From contig JAXLWY010000005.1 in NCBI GenBank assembly GCA_046328255.1, forward strand, positions 22,930 through 86,929: 64,000 bases of DNA, read 5' to 3'. Source of the DNA: Dehalococcoidia bacterium (GTDB lineage: Bacteria > Chloroflexota > Dehalococcoidia > UBA2979). Shown here piece after piece: positions 28,844-37,870 of this stretch. Numbering within the stretch: the stretch's first letter is position 1; every line of letters begins with the position of its first letter. Under the pieces are notes generated by a model. It was not told the origin of the DNA, ran no database searches, and saw nothing but the letters and a program-made list of their open reading frames with translations. The translations under genes and the position numbers were made by a program.

Positions 28844-30289
28844 CTACCACGCCGCCCCGCCGAGGTACGCGTGGATCGCATCGGCGGCCGCGTGGCCGTG
28901 TGCCAGCGCCGTCACCACCAGGTCGGCCCCGTTCACGTTGTCACCGCCGGCGAACACACCCGGCACGCTCGTCTTCATCGTCTCGTGATCCACGACGACG
29001 CGATTCCAGCGGTCCCTGATGAGGTCGGGAGCCGCAGCGCTCCACTCGGCCGAGACGTTGTACCCGATCGCCGTCACGATCGCGTCCGCGTCGATATCGA
29101 ACTCGGACCCTGGTTGCGGCTCGGGCCGCGCCCGCCCGGTGTCGTCGGGCTCACCGAGGCGCATGCGCTGGCAACGCAGGCCGCGCACAGCCCTCCTCGG
29201 TGGTCAGCACTTCGAGGGTGCCGTCAGGAACTCGAAGCGCGCGCCTTCCTCGGCCGCGTGCTGGCGTTCCTCCGTGCGACCCTGCATCTCGCGCTCGGTG
29301 CGCCGATAGATGAGCGTCACCTGCTCCACCCCGAGACGTCGCGCCGATCGCACGCAGTCCATCGAGGTGTCCCCACCGCCGATCACCACTACCGACCGGA
29401 ACGCCGGCAGTGGCGCGCGCAGATCCTCGGGAAGCTGCTCCGGGTCGAGGTTGGCGCGCACGAGGAACTCGGTCGCCTCGTACACGCCGAGAGCGTCCTC
29501 TCCCGGGATCCCGAGGTGCGACCCGTCCGAGGCTCCGTAGGCAAGGAACACGGCGTCGTACTCCGACCGCAGCTGCTCGAACGCCACATCGACGCCGACA
29601 CGCACGCCCGTGCGTACCTCGACGCCCAGCGCCTTGAGCTGCGCGAACTTCCGCTCCACGGAAGGCTTATTCAGCTTGAAGTCGGGGATGCCGTACAGGA
29701 GCACGCCGCCCGGCTCGGGCCATGCCTCGAAGATCGTGACCGCATGGCCCGCCCTCGCGAGGCGTTCCGCGCAGCCGATGCCCGCCGGCCCGCTTCCGAC
29801 GATCGCCACGCGCTTCCCGCTCGCCGCGGCTGTCGACGTATCGAGCGTGCCGTGGTGCTGCTGCCACTCGCTGACGAACGCCTCGAGCTTGCCGATGGCG
29901 ACCGGCAGCGCGTGCTTGCCGACGACGCAGTGGCCCTCGCACAGGCGCTCCTGCGGACAGAGCCGGCCGCACATCTCCGGCAGCTCGCTCGTGGCCCGGA
30001 AGACCTCGGCGGCGGTCTGGAAGTCACCCAGCTCGATGAAGTGGAACGACCCGGGGATGTCGTTATGGACGGGACACGCCTTCTGGCATGGCGCCGCGGG
30101 ACACTGGATGCAGCGCGTGGCCTCGATCTTCGCCGTCTCCGGGTCGAACAGCGAGTACACCTCGTTCCAGTTCCCGAGGCGCACGTCGGCCGCCTGCTTC
30201 GCGGGCCGGTACGGAGGCACCTGCAGACGGCCTTTGCGGTCGACGTTTGGCTTCGGTCGGTTCTCGGGGTGTTCGCCGGCTCGAGTCAC
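28844..30289 (-). pseudogene. Glutamate synthase small-subunit-like NAD(P)H oxidoreductase (GltD/PreT-like), interrupted by an in-frame TGA
   Basis: N-terminal Fe-S Cys motifs (CIQCPAAPCQKACP, CGRLCPQERLCEGHC), the FAD/NAD GxGxxG motifs VAIVGSGPAG and VVVIGGGDTSMD, and the C-terminal FAGGD. ORFs 29204..30289 and 28844..29188 are in the same frame, separated by the TGA at 29204-29206. Confidence 0.85.
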
Positions 30290-30400
30290 ACGCGTCCGTC
30301 CTGGCGATGCTGGAATGCACGCACGAGCGCACCTCGCGATGAAGCGGCTGCGTCCAGCGTACGCAGGGACACCGGCGGCCTCAACCGGCTGGAACCCTGA

Positions 30401-30853
30401 TCAGGACTTCGCGTCGCTCCGGGTGTCCACCACGACGAACGTCGCCGACCCGGTCCCAACGACGTTCTTATGTCCGTCGAAGAGCTCCACTGTGCAGTGA
30501 TTGAGCATCCGCCCTCGACGCGCCACCCGTCCGATCGCGCGCAGGACGTCGCCCTGGAACGGGCGCAGCCAGCGGAAGTCGAGCTGACCCGTCACCGCGC
30601 GCTCGCCGGGCTCGAGTTGCGTCCGGATCGCCCCGCCCATCGCCGAGTCCGCCACAACGAGCCACACTCCACCGTGCACCACGCCGTCGGCGTTCAGCAC
30701 CACGTCCGAGACCCGCAGCGTGATCTCGAGCCATCCATCCCCGCCATCGCTGATGTCGAACCCGAGGTGCTGGTAGATCGGCGAGATCAGCGACCTCGGG
30801 TACGCCAGCCAGTCGCGCTCGCCCGCGCCTCCCGATGTCATGCCGGAGGTCAA
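30401..30853 (-). CDS. PaaI-family acyl-CoA thioesterase (hotdog fold)
   Basis: NADGVVHGGVWLVVADSAMGGA motif. TTG 30853 overlaps the permease stop as TTGA; an alternative ATG is at 30841. Confidence 0.8.
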   Translation of the reverse strand: MTSGMTSGGAGERDWLAYPRSLISPIYQHLGFDISDGGDGWLEITLRVSDVVLNADGVVHGGVWLVVADSAMGGAIRTQLEPGERAVTGQLDFRWLRPFQGDVLRAIGRVARRGRMLNHCTVELFDGHKNVVGTGSATFVVVDTRSDAKS

Positions 30854-31734
30854 ACCGCCGCCACGCCTTCCCCGGGCACACGGAGCGGTTCATCCACCGC
30901 GGGCACTCGAGGGCGGCGGCGTGCATGGATCACCGCCGCGAGGCAGAACAGCGTCGATGCCGTGAGTACCACCGCCGGGCTCGCCGCGACGCCCGCGTAG
31001 AACGAGATGTGCAGCCCCACGAGCGCCGCGATCAGCCCGACGCACGTCCCGTACGCCATGATGAGCGGCAGCCGTCGCACTCCGAGTCCGGCGGTGGCCG
31101 CCGGTATGATCAGCATCGCGTTGACGAGCACGATGCCGATCGCCTTCAGCGCCACCACGACCGCGACCGCCACCATGACGAGGATGGCGTACTCGAAAGC
31201 AGTCGAGCGCACCCCCATCGCCGCGGAGACCGCCGGGTCATAGGCGACCATCTGCAGCTCGCGGTAGAACGCGAGCACGAACAGCAGCAGCCCCGCGCTC
31301 AGCACCGCCGCCGCAACGAGGTCCGAGTTCGACACGCCGAGGATGTTGCCGAAGACGAACGCAGTGAGGTCGGGCGTGTAGCTCGTTCGGCGCGACAGCA
31401 CCAGGATCCCGAACGAGAACATCGAGACGAAGAAGATCCCGATCGCCGTGTCGTAGGACACCCGCGCGCGACGCCTCGTGATGCCCACGCCGAGGGCGGT
31501 CACGACGGCTGCCACGAGCGCTCCGAGGACGACACTGCCGCCCGAGACGAACGCGACCGCCACGCCCGCAAGCGTCGAGTGCGCGAGCGCGTCCCCCGAG
31601 AACGCCAGCCCCTTGTTCACGACGAACGCGCCCACCACGCCACCTACGAGGCTGACGAGTGCAAGCGCCAGCAGCGCGCGCTGCATGAACTCGAAGCGAT
31701 AGGGATCCAGCAGCCAGTGCTCGAGTCCGGCCAT
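30850..31734 (-). CDS. Metal ABC transporter permease (ABC-3 family, ZnuB/TroCD-like)
   Basis: Start MAGLEHWLLDPYRFEFMQRAL at 31734. About 8-9 TM segments. 294 aa. Confidence 0.9.
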   Translation of the reverse strand: MAGLEHWLLDPYRFEFMQRALLALALVSLVGGVVGAFVVNKGLAFSGDALAHSTLAGVAVAFVSGGSVVLGALVAAVVTALGVGITRRRARVSYDTAIGIFFVSMFSFGILVLSRRTSYTPDLTAFVFGNILGVSNSDLVAAAVLSAGLLLFVLAFYRELQMVAYDPAVSAAMGVRSTAFEYAILVMVAVAVVVALKAIGIVLVNAMLIIPAATAGLGVRRLPLIMAYGTCVGLIAALVGLHISFYAGVAASPAVVLTASTLFCLAAVIHARRRPRVPAVDEPLRVPGEGVAAV

Positions 31735-31736
31735 CG

Positions 31737-32585
31737 TCAGCGCCGCGCCGAGGCCTGCGGGTACAGCCCGGCCACCGGCGCGCCCCCGATCGTCACGAGG
31801 TGCATGTGGAACGTCTCGCTCAACACCTCCGCCGTGAGCACCTCGGCGGGCGGACCCGAGGCGATCACGCGCCGGTTGAGGCAGATCGCCTCGTCGCACG
31901 AGCTCATGACGCAGGAGAGGTCGTGCGTCGCCACGAGGATGCTCGTTCCTTCGCGCACCAGCCGATCGAGGATCTCCAGCAACTCATGCTGCGCAGCGGC
32001 ATCGAGTCCCGCGAACGGCTCATCGAGGAGCAGCAGGCGCGCCCCTCGCGCAATCGCACGCGCCATCAGCACGCGCCGCCGCTGCCCGCCCGAGAGCTGG
32101 CCCGCCTGCCGAGTCGCGAACTGGCTGAGGTTGACCCGCTCCAGCGCTTCGAAGGCGCGCGCGCGGTCCTCGCTGCTCCACCGCGCGAACGGGCGGAACC
32201 GGTGGTACCGCCCCATCAGCACCACGTCGAGCACCGAGACCGGGAAGTCCCAGTCCACCTCCTCCACCTGCGGCATGTACGCGATGTCGTCGCGCGCCTC
32301 GCGCACCGGCCGTCCGAAGGCGACCGCCTCGCCTCGCAGCGGCTCGATCAGCCCGAGGATCGCCTTGAACAGCGTGGACTTCCCCGCGCCGTTCGGCCCC
32401 ACGAGGCCGACCATCTCGCCCACCGGCACCACGAGCGTCGCGCCCTGCACTGCGGCCACCTGCCCGGGGTATCCCGCCCACAGGTCCCGCACCTCGAGGG
32501 CAAGCTCGCGATGCGGGTGTTGCGGCGCGAGCGGCTCCCGCGCTGGCACGTGCTCCGAGGCCTGCGTCACGTCCGAGGTCTGCAT
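31737..32585 (-). CDS. Metal ABC transporter ATP-binding protein (ZnuC/TroB-like)
   Basis: Walker A GPNGAGKST, signature LSGGQRRR, Walker B LLLLDEP. Confidence 0.9.
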   Translation of the reverse strand: MQTSDVTQASEHVPAREPLAPQHPHRELALEVRDLWAGYPGQVAAVQGATLVVPVGEMVGLVGPNGAGKSTLFKAILGLIEPLRGEAVAFGRPVREARDDIAYMPQVEEVDWDFPVSVLDVVLMGRYHRFRPFARWSSEDRARAFEALERVNLSQFATRQAGQLSGGQRRRVLMARAIARGARLLLLDEPFAGLDAAAQHELLEILDRLVREGTSILVATHDLSCVMSSCDEAICLNRRVIASGPPAEVLTAEVLSETFHMHLVTIGGAPVAGLYPQASARR

Positions 32586-32595
32586 CGCCGCGAGT

Positions 32596-33544
32596 CTACT
32601 GTCCCGAGGGGCGCGCCAGCCCCTCGACGAGGGCGCGCGCGTTCGCGCGCATCATCTCGTCGTAACTCGTGATCCCGGCGCCGTACGCGTCGCTGTAGAG
32701 CACCAGCACGCGCGCTCCCGTCTCCCGCCCCACGGCTTCGAGCAACGCCGGCGAGAACTGCGGCTCGCGGTACACCGCCGGCACCGACTGTGCTCGCACC
32801 AGCGCGACGGTATCCGCGAGGGCGCGCGCGCTCGGCTCGCGTCCGCCCTGCTCGGGAAGCACGCCCGCGGTGAGCTGGAAGTCGAACGCCCGCGAGAAGT
32901 AGGCGAACGCATCGTGGAAGACGACGATCCGGCGCCGCTCGACCGGAATCGAGGCCGGCTCGAGGCCAGCTCGGTCTTCAGCGCGCGCAATCGCGTCGCA
33001 CGCGCCTGCCCACGCTCACGATAGCCATCTGCCTGCGGAGGGTCCGCGGCCGCGAGGCCGTCCGCAATGGTCTCGACGTAGCGAGCCGCGAGTTCCGGGT
33101 CGAGCCACATGTGCGGGTCGCCGTCGGACGTCGCCTCCAGCGGGAGCCCCGAGGCGCCCGCGCCGTGGGTTTCGCCCTCGTCACCGGCCAGCGCCTCGAT
33201 GCCCGCCCCGGCGACGATCACACGCGCGCGCGAGGTCCGGTTCGACGCGACGACCGAGAGCAGCCCACCTCGAGGCGATGCCCGTTCACGACGAGCACAT
33301 CAGCCGCGGCGACGTCACGGGCCGCGCTCGTTGGCGCCTCGAACGAGTGCGGGTCGGCGCCCGGCGGGATCAGCACGCTGACCCGCGCGTCGGGCCCCGC
33401 GACGTCCCGCGTGAACTCCCCGAGGATCGTCGTGGTCGCCACGATGCGGAGCGCACCCGGCGCTCGCTCGGCGGGTGCGGCACAACTGACCGTGGCCAGC
33501 GCTCCCACGAGCAGCGCCACAACCAGTCCTCGAGGCCGGCGCAT
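32596..33544 (-). pseudogene. Metal ABC transporter substrate-binding protein (ZnuA/TroA family) split into three frames by two apparent 1-nt deletions
   Basis: Three pieces. The signal peptide and RIVATTTILGEFTRDVAG...DVLVVNG are in ORF 33218..33544. ...LLSVVASNRTSRARVIVAGAGIEAL...DPHMWLDPELAARY...RLRALKTELA is in ORF 32652..33221. LEPASIPVERRRIVVFHDAFAYFSRAFDFQL...AVYREPQFSP... is in the frame of ORF 32596..32862. The breaks are at CCC 33264-33266 and GG 32954-32955. Confidence 0.85.
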
Positions 33545-33560
33545 GGGTCGTTCCCTGCCA

Positions 33561-33591
33561 GAGTTGATACTTCATCTCAACTCGAATTGAG
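33561..33591. promoter_or_regulatory. Overlapping inverted repeats in an AT-rich patch upstream of the metal SBP gene (candidate Fur/Zur-family operator)
   Basis: GAGTTGA (33561-67) pairs with TCAACTC (33577-83). TCTCAA (33575-80) pairs with TTGAGA (33586-91). The site is 17-47 nt upstream of the SBP start (33544) and downstream of the Fur-family gene. Confidence 0.4.
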
Positions 33592-33658
33592 ACCGTATCG
33601 CAACGCCGCGCACCCCACAACCATCCGGCCCGGCACGAGGCGTCGAGTCGGTCGTCGA

Positions 33659-34102
33659 TCAGCTGCGCCGGGAACGCCCGTCCCTGGCGCGACACTCGGC
33701 ACAGCGTCCGTACAGCTCGAGGCGGTGCGCCTCGACATCGAACCCGGTGCTGGCCGCAACCGCGCGCAGCAACTCGGTCAGGTCACACTCGAGCACGTCG
33801 CCGACGCGTCCGCACTCCGAGCAGACGAAGTGATGATGATGGGCCGGCTCGGCCGACATCCGGTACTCGGTCGTCCCGTCGTCCAGCACCACCATGCAGA
33901 CGGTTCCGAGGTCCTGCAGGAGTCGCAGCGTGCGGAAGACCGTGGCGCGCCCCACCTCGGGCGCCGCCACCGCGAGTTGCTCGGCGGTGAAGTGGTCGCC
34001 CAATCCCTCGATGGCCGCGAGCAACGCCCGCCGAGGCCCGGTCACGCGCACGCCATCGCGCACCAGCCGCCTCTCGATCGCCTGCGTGCCGCTCGAGGTC
34101 AT
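33659..34102 (-). CDS. Fur-family metalloregulator (Zur/Mur-like)
   Basis: Start MTSSGTQAIERRL at 34102. HTH region GRATVFRTLRLLQDLG, HHHHFVCSECG and CAEC metal-site motifs. Confidence 0.85.
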   Translation of the reverse strand: MTSSGTQAIERRLVRDGVRVTGPRRALLAAIEGLGDHFTAEQLAVAAPEVGRATVFRTLRLLQDLGTVCMVVLDDGTTEYRMSAEPAHHHHFVCSECGRVGDVLECDLTELLRAVAASTGFDVEAHRLELYGRCAECRARDGRSRRS

Positions 34103-34213
34103 GCGCAGATGGTCCGGCTCGCGACTGCGGCCTGTCAATCGCTGCCTCAGCCGGGGCAGACGCCCGCCCGCCGGCACCCGATGATTGACGCGCGGCGGCG
34201 GAGAGGACGCACC

Positions 34214-35383
34214 ATGACCATCGCTCGATGGCGGATCGCACTCTGGCTCGCGACACTGGCGGTCGCCCTCTGGATGCTGTGGCAGGCCCGGTCCGCCATG
34301 CTGCCGTTCGCCGTCGGCTCAATCGTCGCCTACGCGCTCTCCCCGCTCGTGGATCGGCTCGTCGCGCTGCCGTGGCTCACCAGCCGCAGCGACTCACTCC
34401 GACGAGGCCTCGCGGTGGCGCTGATATACCTCGTCCTCGGTGGTGTCGGTGCGTGGGTCGCGTCGATCGTCCTGGTCCTGGCAGCCGACCAGATCGTGCA
34501 GTTCGTGGATACGCTCCCGGCCACCGTCGAGGGGGCCCAGCGCACAGGAACCGCCTGGCTCGAGCAGTACCGGGCGCGCGTCAATCCCGACGTGCAGGCC
34601 CAGCTCGCCGGATACGCCGACTCCGCCTCGAGGACCGCCGCGGCGGCACTGGGGACGCTCGCCCAGAGCACGATCAACACCGTCACCGGCACGATCGGAC
34701 TGGTGTTCGGCTTCGCCGTGATCCCCTTCTTCGTGTTCTACGCGATGCGCGATCGCGCGCATGCACGCACGGCGCTGCTTCGCGCCACGCCTCCCACCCT
34801 GATCCCGGACGCCGACAACGTCCTCCGCATCGCCGATCGCATGCTCGGCCGCTTCCTGCAGGGACAACTGCTCCTCGGTGCCGTTGTTGGGATCGCGGTC
34901 GGCGTTGGGCTCGCGTTGATGGGCATCCAGCTGTCGCTCGGACTCGGGGTGATCGCTGGCTTTACCGAGCTGGTCCCCGTGATCGGCCCATGGCTCGGTG
35001 CGATCCCCGGACTGCTCATCGTCCTAGCGACGGACCCCGGTCGATTTCTCCCGGTCGCTGCGCTGTACTTCGCCGTGCAGACGCTGGAGAACAACCTGCT
35101 GGTCCCGAGGATCCAGGGGAGCGCCGTCGAGATTCATCCGGCGCTGGTGCTGGTCCTGCTCGTCATCTTCGGTGCGGTCATGGGCTTCTGGGGGCTGGTC
35201 ATCGCCGTGCCCCTCACCGCCATCCTGCGCGAGCTCTTCTGGTACGCCGACGCACGACTCCGTGGCGTCACGCCCGCCGAGGCCTTCGCCGGCACGCGCG
35301 TGGGACAGGCGGTCGCCAAGGAATCCGCGCGAGCGGCCGCCGCGTCCGAGCATGCGCGACCGGCATCGAGCCGCGCACGCTAG
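34214..35383 (+). CDS. AI-2E family transporter (PerM / UPF0118)
   Basis: Start MTIARWRIALWL at 34214 after a GAGAGGA RBS. Seven to eight TM segments. Conserved FTELVPVIGPWLGAIP and NLLVPRIQG motifs. Confidence 0.85.
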   Translation: MTIARWRIALWLATLAVALWMLWQARSAMLPFAVGSIVAYALSPLVDRLVALPWLTSRSDSLRRGLAVALIYLVLGGVGAWVASIVLVLAADQIVQFVDTLPATVEGAQRTGTAWLEQYRARVNPDVQAQLAGYADSASRTAAAALGTLAQSTINTVTGTIGLVFGFAVIPFFVFYAMRDRAHARTALLRATPPTLIPDADNVLRIADRMLGRFLQGQLLLGAVVGIAVGVGLALMGIQLSLGLGVIAGFTELVPVIGPWLGAIPGLLIVLATDPGRFLPVAALYFAVQTLENNLLVPRIQGSAVEIHPALVLVLLVIFGAVMGFWGLVIAVPLTAILRELFWYADARLRGVTPAEAFAGTRVGQAVAKESARAAAASEHARPASSRAR

Positions 35384-35560
35384 TCAGTCCTGGTCTCCGG
35401 AGCGCGACGCGCTCGATGGAGGACGGTGCCTCGAACGAGCAGGCGCCGCCGGCCGCCTGGCTGCGCTCGTCACAGCGCGGGCACGGAGGAGATTTGCCGG
35501 TTCCTCGCTCTGCCCGGTTCCCCGATTTGGCGAGTCCCCGGTGCCCGCGATTCAGTCCGG

Positions 35561-36394
35561 CTAGTGGATGAGGCCCACCAGCACTACCGGGCGCCCCACC
35601 ACTGCGGATCCACCCAGCGGGGCCACCGCGATCATGATCGACGTCGGCTCGATGTTGGTGTTCGGCCGCAGCATCACCTCGGCAGCGCCGTGCTCATCCG
35701 GCACGAAGAGCCCCGCCGACACCGACGTCGTGCCCTGCAAGAGCCACGCCTGGTACACGTTGCCCGAGGGCAGCGGCGGCAGATCCTGCGCCACCACCAC
35801 GCCCGCCGTCGCACTCTCGCTCCAGACGTAGCGCCCGCGCGCGTCATGCCCCGAGGGCGTGGGGAGCAACGTGCTGTTGCGCGCGTGCGGGTCGGTTGTC
35901 ACGGCCAGCGCCACCTGCTGCGCCTGCATCGTGTCCTCGAGCTGGCGGCGCAGCCCCTCGCCGGTGAAGTCCGCGCCCGCAGCCACCACGAGCTTTGCGA
36001 TCTGCTTCGCGTCCGACTCGACCACCGCAGTCAGCTCGGCGTTTCGACGGCTCAGGTCGGTCATCCCCTGCTCGAGGTGGATGCCCCACGCAATCGCCGC
36101 CACCGAGGCGGCAGCAGCCACGGCCCAGCCCGCCATCTCGCGAACGGTCGGCACGCGTCGTCGCTGCCTCGTCTCGCGTCGGGCGGCGTCCATCACGCGC
36201 CCTCGAAGCGCGGGGTCGGCGCGCCGCAACGGCGCCGAGAGCGCGATGAGGTCTACCACCTCGTGGTACGAGCGGAGGTCGTCAGCCGCGGCCCGGTCGG
36301 ACCGCACGAGATCCTCCACCGCCTGTGCATCGGGCCGCGACAGCGTCCCGAGGGCGTACGCGGCAAGCAGCTCCTCGCGCTCCTCCGGCGTCAC
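35561..36394 (-). CDS. Anti-sigma factor (RskA-like: N-terminal anti-sigma domain, one TM segment, extracytoplasmic domain)
   Basis: MTPEEREELLAAYALGTLSRPDAQAVEDLV is a typical anti-sigma N-terminus. The TM segment is MAGWAVAAAASVAAIAW. It lies directly downstream of the ECF sigma gene. Confidence 0.75.
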   Translation of the reverse strand: MTPEEREELLAAYALGTLSRPDAQAVEDLVRSDRAAADDLRSYHEVVDLIALSAPLRRADPALRGRVMDAARRETRQRRRVPTVREMAGWAVAAAASVAAIAWGIHLEQGMTDLSRRNAELTAVVESDAKQIAKLVVAAGADFTGEGLRRQLEDTMQAQQVALAVTTDPHARNSTLLPTPSGHDARGRYVWSESATAGVVVAQDLPPLPSGNVYQAWLLQGTTSVSAGLFVPDEHGAAEVMLRPNTNIEPTSIMIAVAPLGGSAVVGRPVVLVGLIH

Positions 36395-36445
36395 GTTACC
36401 TCCGTCGCTGTCGCGTCCCCGAGTCCAATCTCGGTGGTACGTGCA

Positions 36446-37126
36446 TTACTCGTTACCGAGGAGAGCCCGCAACTTCTGCATCCCGAGCCGCACCCGGGTC
36501 TTCACCGTCCCGAGGGCATCCCCGGTCCGCGCCGCGATCTCCGTCTGTGTCAGCCCCGCAAAGTACGCAAGCTCCAGCACCTCGCGCTGCGCCGCCGGAA
36601 GCTGATCCATCGCCGCCTGCACCTCGCGCCGCTGGTCCGCCAGCATCGCCTCCGCCATCGGATCCATGAACCGACTGGTGTCGGCAAGCTCCGGCAGCAC
36701 ATCGTCGTGATCTTCGGCAACGGTCCGCCGGCTCAACCGCCGCCGCTCGTCGATCGCCCGATTCCGCGCCACCGACATGAGCCAGCTCACGAAGCGGCCG
36801 CGCTCGGGGTTATATGCCCAGGGGCGCCTCCAGAGCCGCAGGAACACCTCCTGCGTGACGTCCTCGGCAAGCTGGCGGTCGAGGAGCACTCGCACCCCCA
36901 CCGAGAACACGAGTGAGCCGTATCGGTCGTACAGCGCTCCCAGCGCGGCCAGCTCGCCGGCTGCGAGCCCCGCCATCAACTCGTCGTCAGAGGAGGGCCG
37001 GCCCTCGTTACGTACACCCTCCGAAGAGGGTACGCGCCGCAGCTGCGGGCGGATTCGCGAGGACGGGAGGGGTCGTTCTGGCAATCCGGATGGCCTCCGG
37101 CGGCTGACGGTAGCAGCCTCGTGCAT
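36446..37126 (-). CDS. ECF-type RNA polymerase sigma-70 family factor
   Basis: Region 2 (DVTQEVFLRLWRRPWAYNPERGRFVSWLMSVARNRAID) and region 4 (LPAAQREVLELAYFAGLTQTEIAARTGDALGTVKTRV). The start is uncertain between 37126 and 36976. Confidence 0.85.
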   Translation of the reverse strand: MHEAATVSRRRPSGLPERPLPSSRIRPQLRRVPSSEGVRNEGRPSSDDELMAGLAAGELAALGALYDRYGSLVFSVGVRVLLDRQLAEDVTQEVFLRLWRRPWAYNPERGRFVSWLMSVARNRAIDERRRLSRRTVAEDHDDVLPELADTSRFMDPMAEAMLADQRREVQAAMDQLPAAQREVLELAYFAGLTQTEIAARTGDALGTVKTRVRLGMQKLRALLGNE

Positions 37127-37357
37127 TGAGGATACGCCCGGCTCCGGCGGGACTCGTGACGCCGCTCACGATCCGGCTATCGCGCACGAGCCTGGACGGA
37201 AGGCGCAGCTCGTGCCTGACACATCCTCGGCAACTCCCGCATGCGAGGTTCCTACGTGACTGTTACGCTGGATTGCGGCGCGGCCCCGAGGTGTGACGTT
37301 CGGGAATATGCTTTCCCGAGGATTGATTTCTTCGAGAACAGCAATTATCGTACTTGT

Positions 37358-37867
37358 GTGAATGAATCGCCGCCCGTTCCCCGCGACCACCTCCTCCAGG
37401 CCATCCGTCTCAAGATCCGGGACATGATGGCGGCCTCGCACCGCCTCGGCCCCGAGCCACTGCTCGACCTCGACCTCGACCTCACCATGAAGCAGCTCAA
37501 GGTTCTCCTGTGCCTCGGTGGGATGGGCCCTTCGAGGCCGGGCGTGATCGCGAGCACCATCGGCGGCAGCGCCGCCACCGCCACCGGGGTTGTGGACCGC
37601 CTGGTCGCCCTCGGTTGCGTCGAGCGCACCCCGGACCCCGCCGACCGGCGTGCCCTCCTCATCCGCCTCACGGCAGCGGGCACCCAGATCGTGGAGGACC
37701 TCCAGACGGCCGGCGAACAGCGCCTGGCCCTCGCACTCGTCGAGATGGCCGACCAGGACCTCGAGGCACTCCACCGCGGTCTGGCCGCCCTCGTCAGCGC
37801 GACCCAGCGTCTCCCCCAGCTCCTGCCCTTCGGCGGTCGCGCAACGGCCCCCGGGATCGAGGACTGA
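37358..37867 (+). CDS. MarR-family transcriptional regulator
   Basis: LTMKQLKVLLCL...VVDRLVALGCVERTPDPADRRALLIRLTAAG is the winged-helix signature. GTG 37358 is preferred over ATG 37424. The stop lies 3 nt before the RND gene. Confidence 0.8.
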   Translation: MNESPPVPRDHLLQAIRLKIRDMMAASHRLGPEPLLDLDLDLTMKQLKVLLCLGGMGPSRPGVIASTIGGSAATATGVVDRLVALGCVERTPDPADRRALLIRLTAAGTQIVEDLQTAGEQRLALALVEMADQDLEALHRGLAALVSATQRLPQLLPFGGRATAPGIED

Positions 37868-37870
37868 CGC

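Noticed and set aside
29204-29206. TGA in the GltD-like gene as selenocysteine or a recoded codon
   Set aside because: TGA is used as an ordinary stop by many genes in the window. No SECIS-like hairpin is evident downstream. The flanking 30 nt read better in another frame, which favours indels.
27305-30400. 1031-aa ORF spanning the SHOCT, hotdog, HxlR and GltD region on the + strand
   Set aside because: It is antisense to five recognisable genes and its translation is Arg/Pro/His-rich junk.
30835-33024. 729-aa + strand ORF across the metal ABC operon
   Set aside because: It is antisense to the conserved permease, ATPase and SBP genes and has an extreme Arg/His/Asp bias.
37290-37357. MarR operator in the AT-richer stretch upstream of the MarR gene
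   Set aside because: Only imperfect, short inverted repeats (TTCCCGAGGA / TTCTTCGAGAA) could be seen. I could not define a convincing palindrome.
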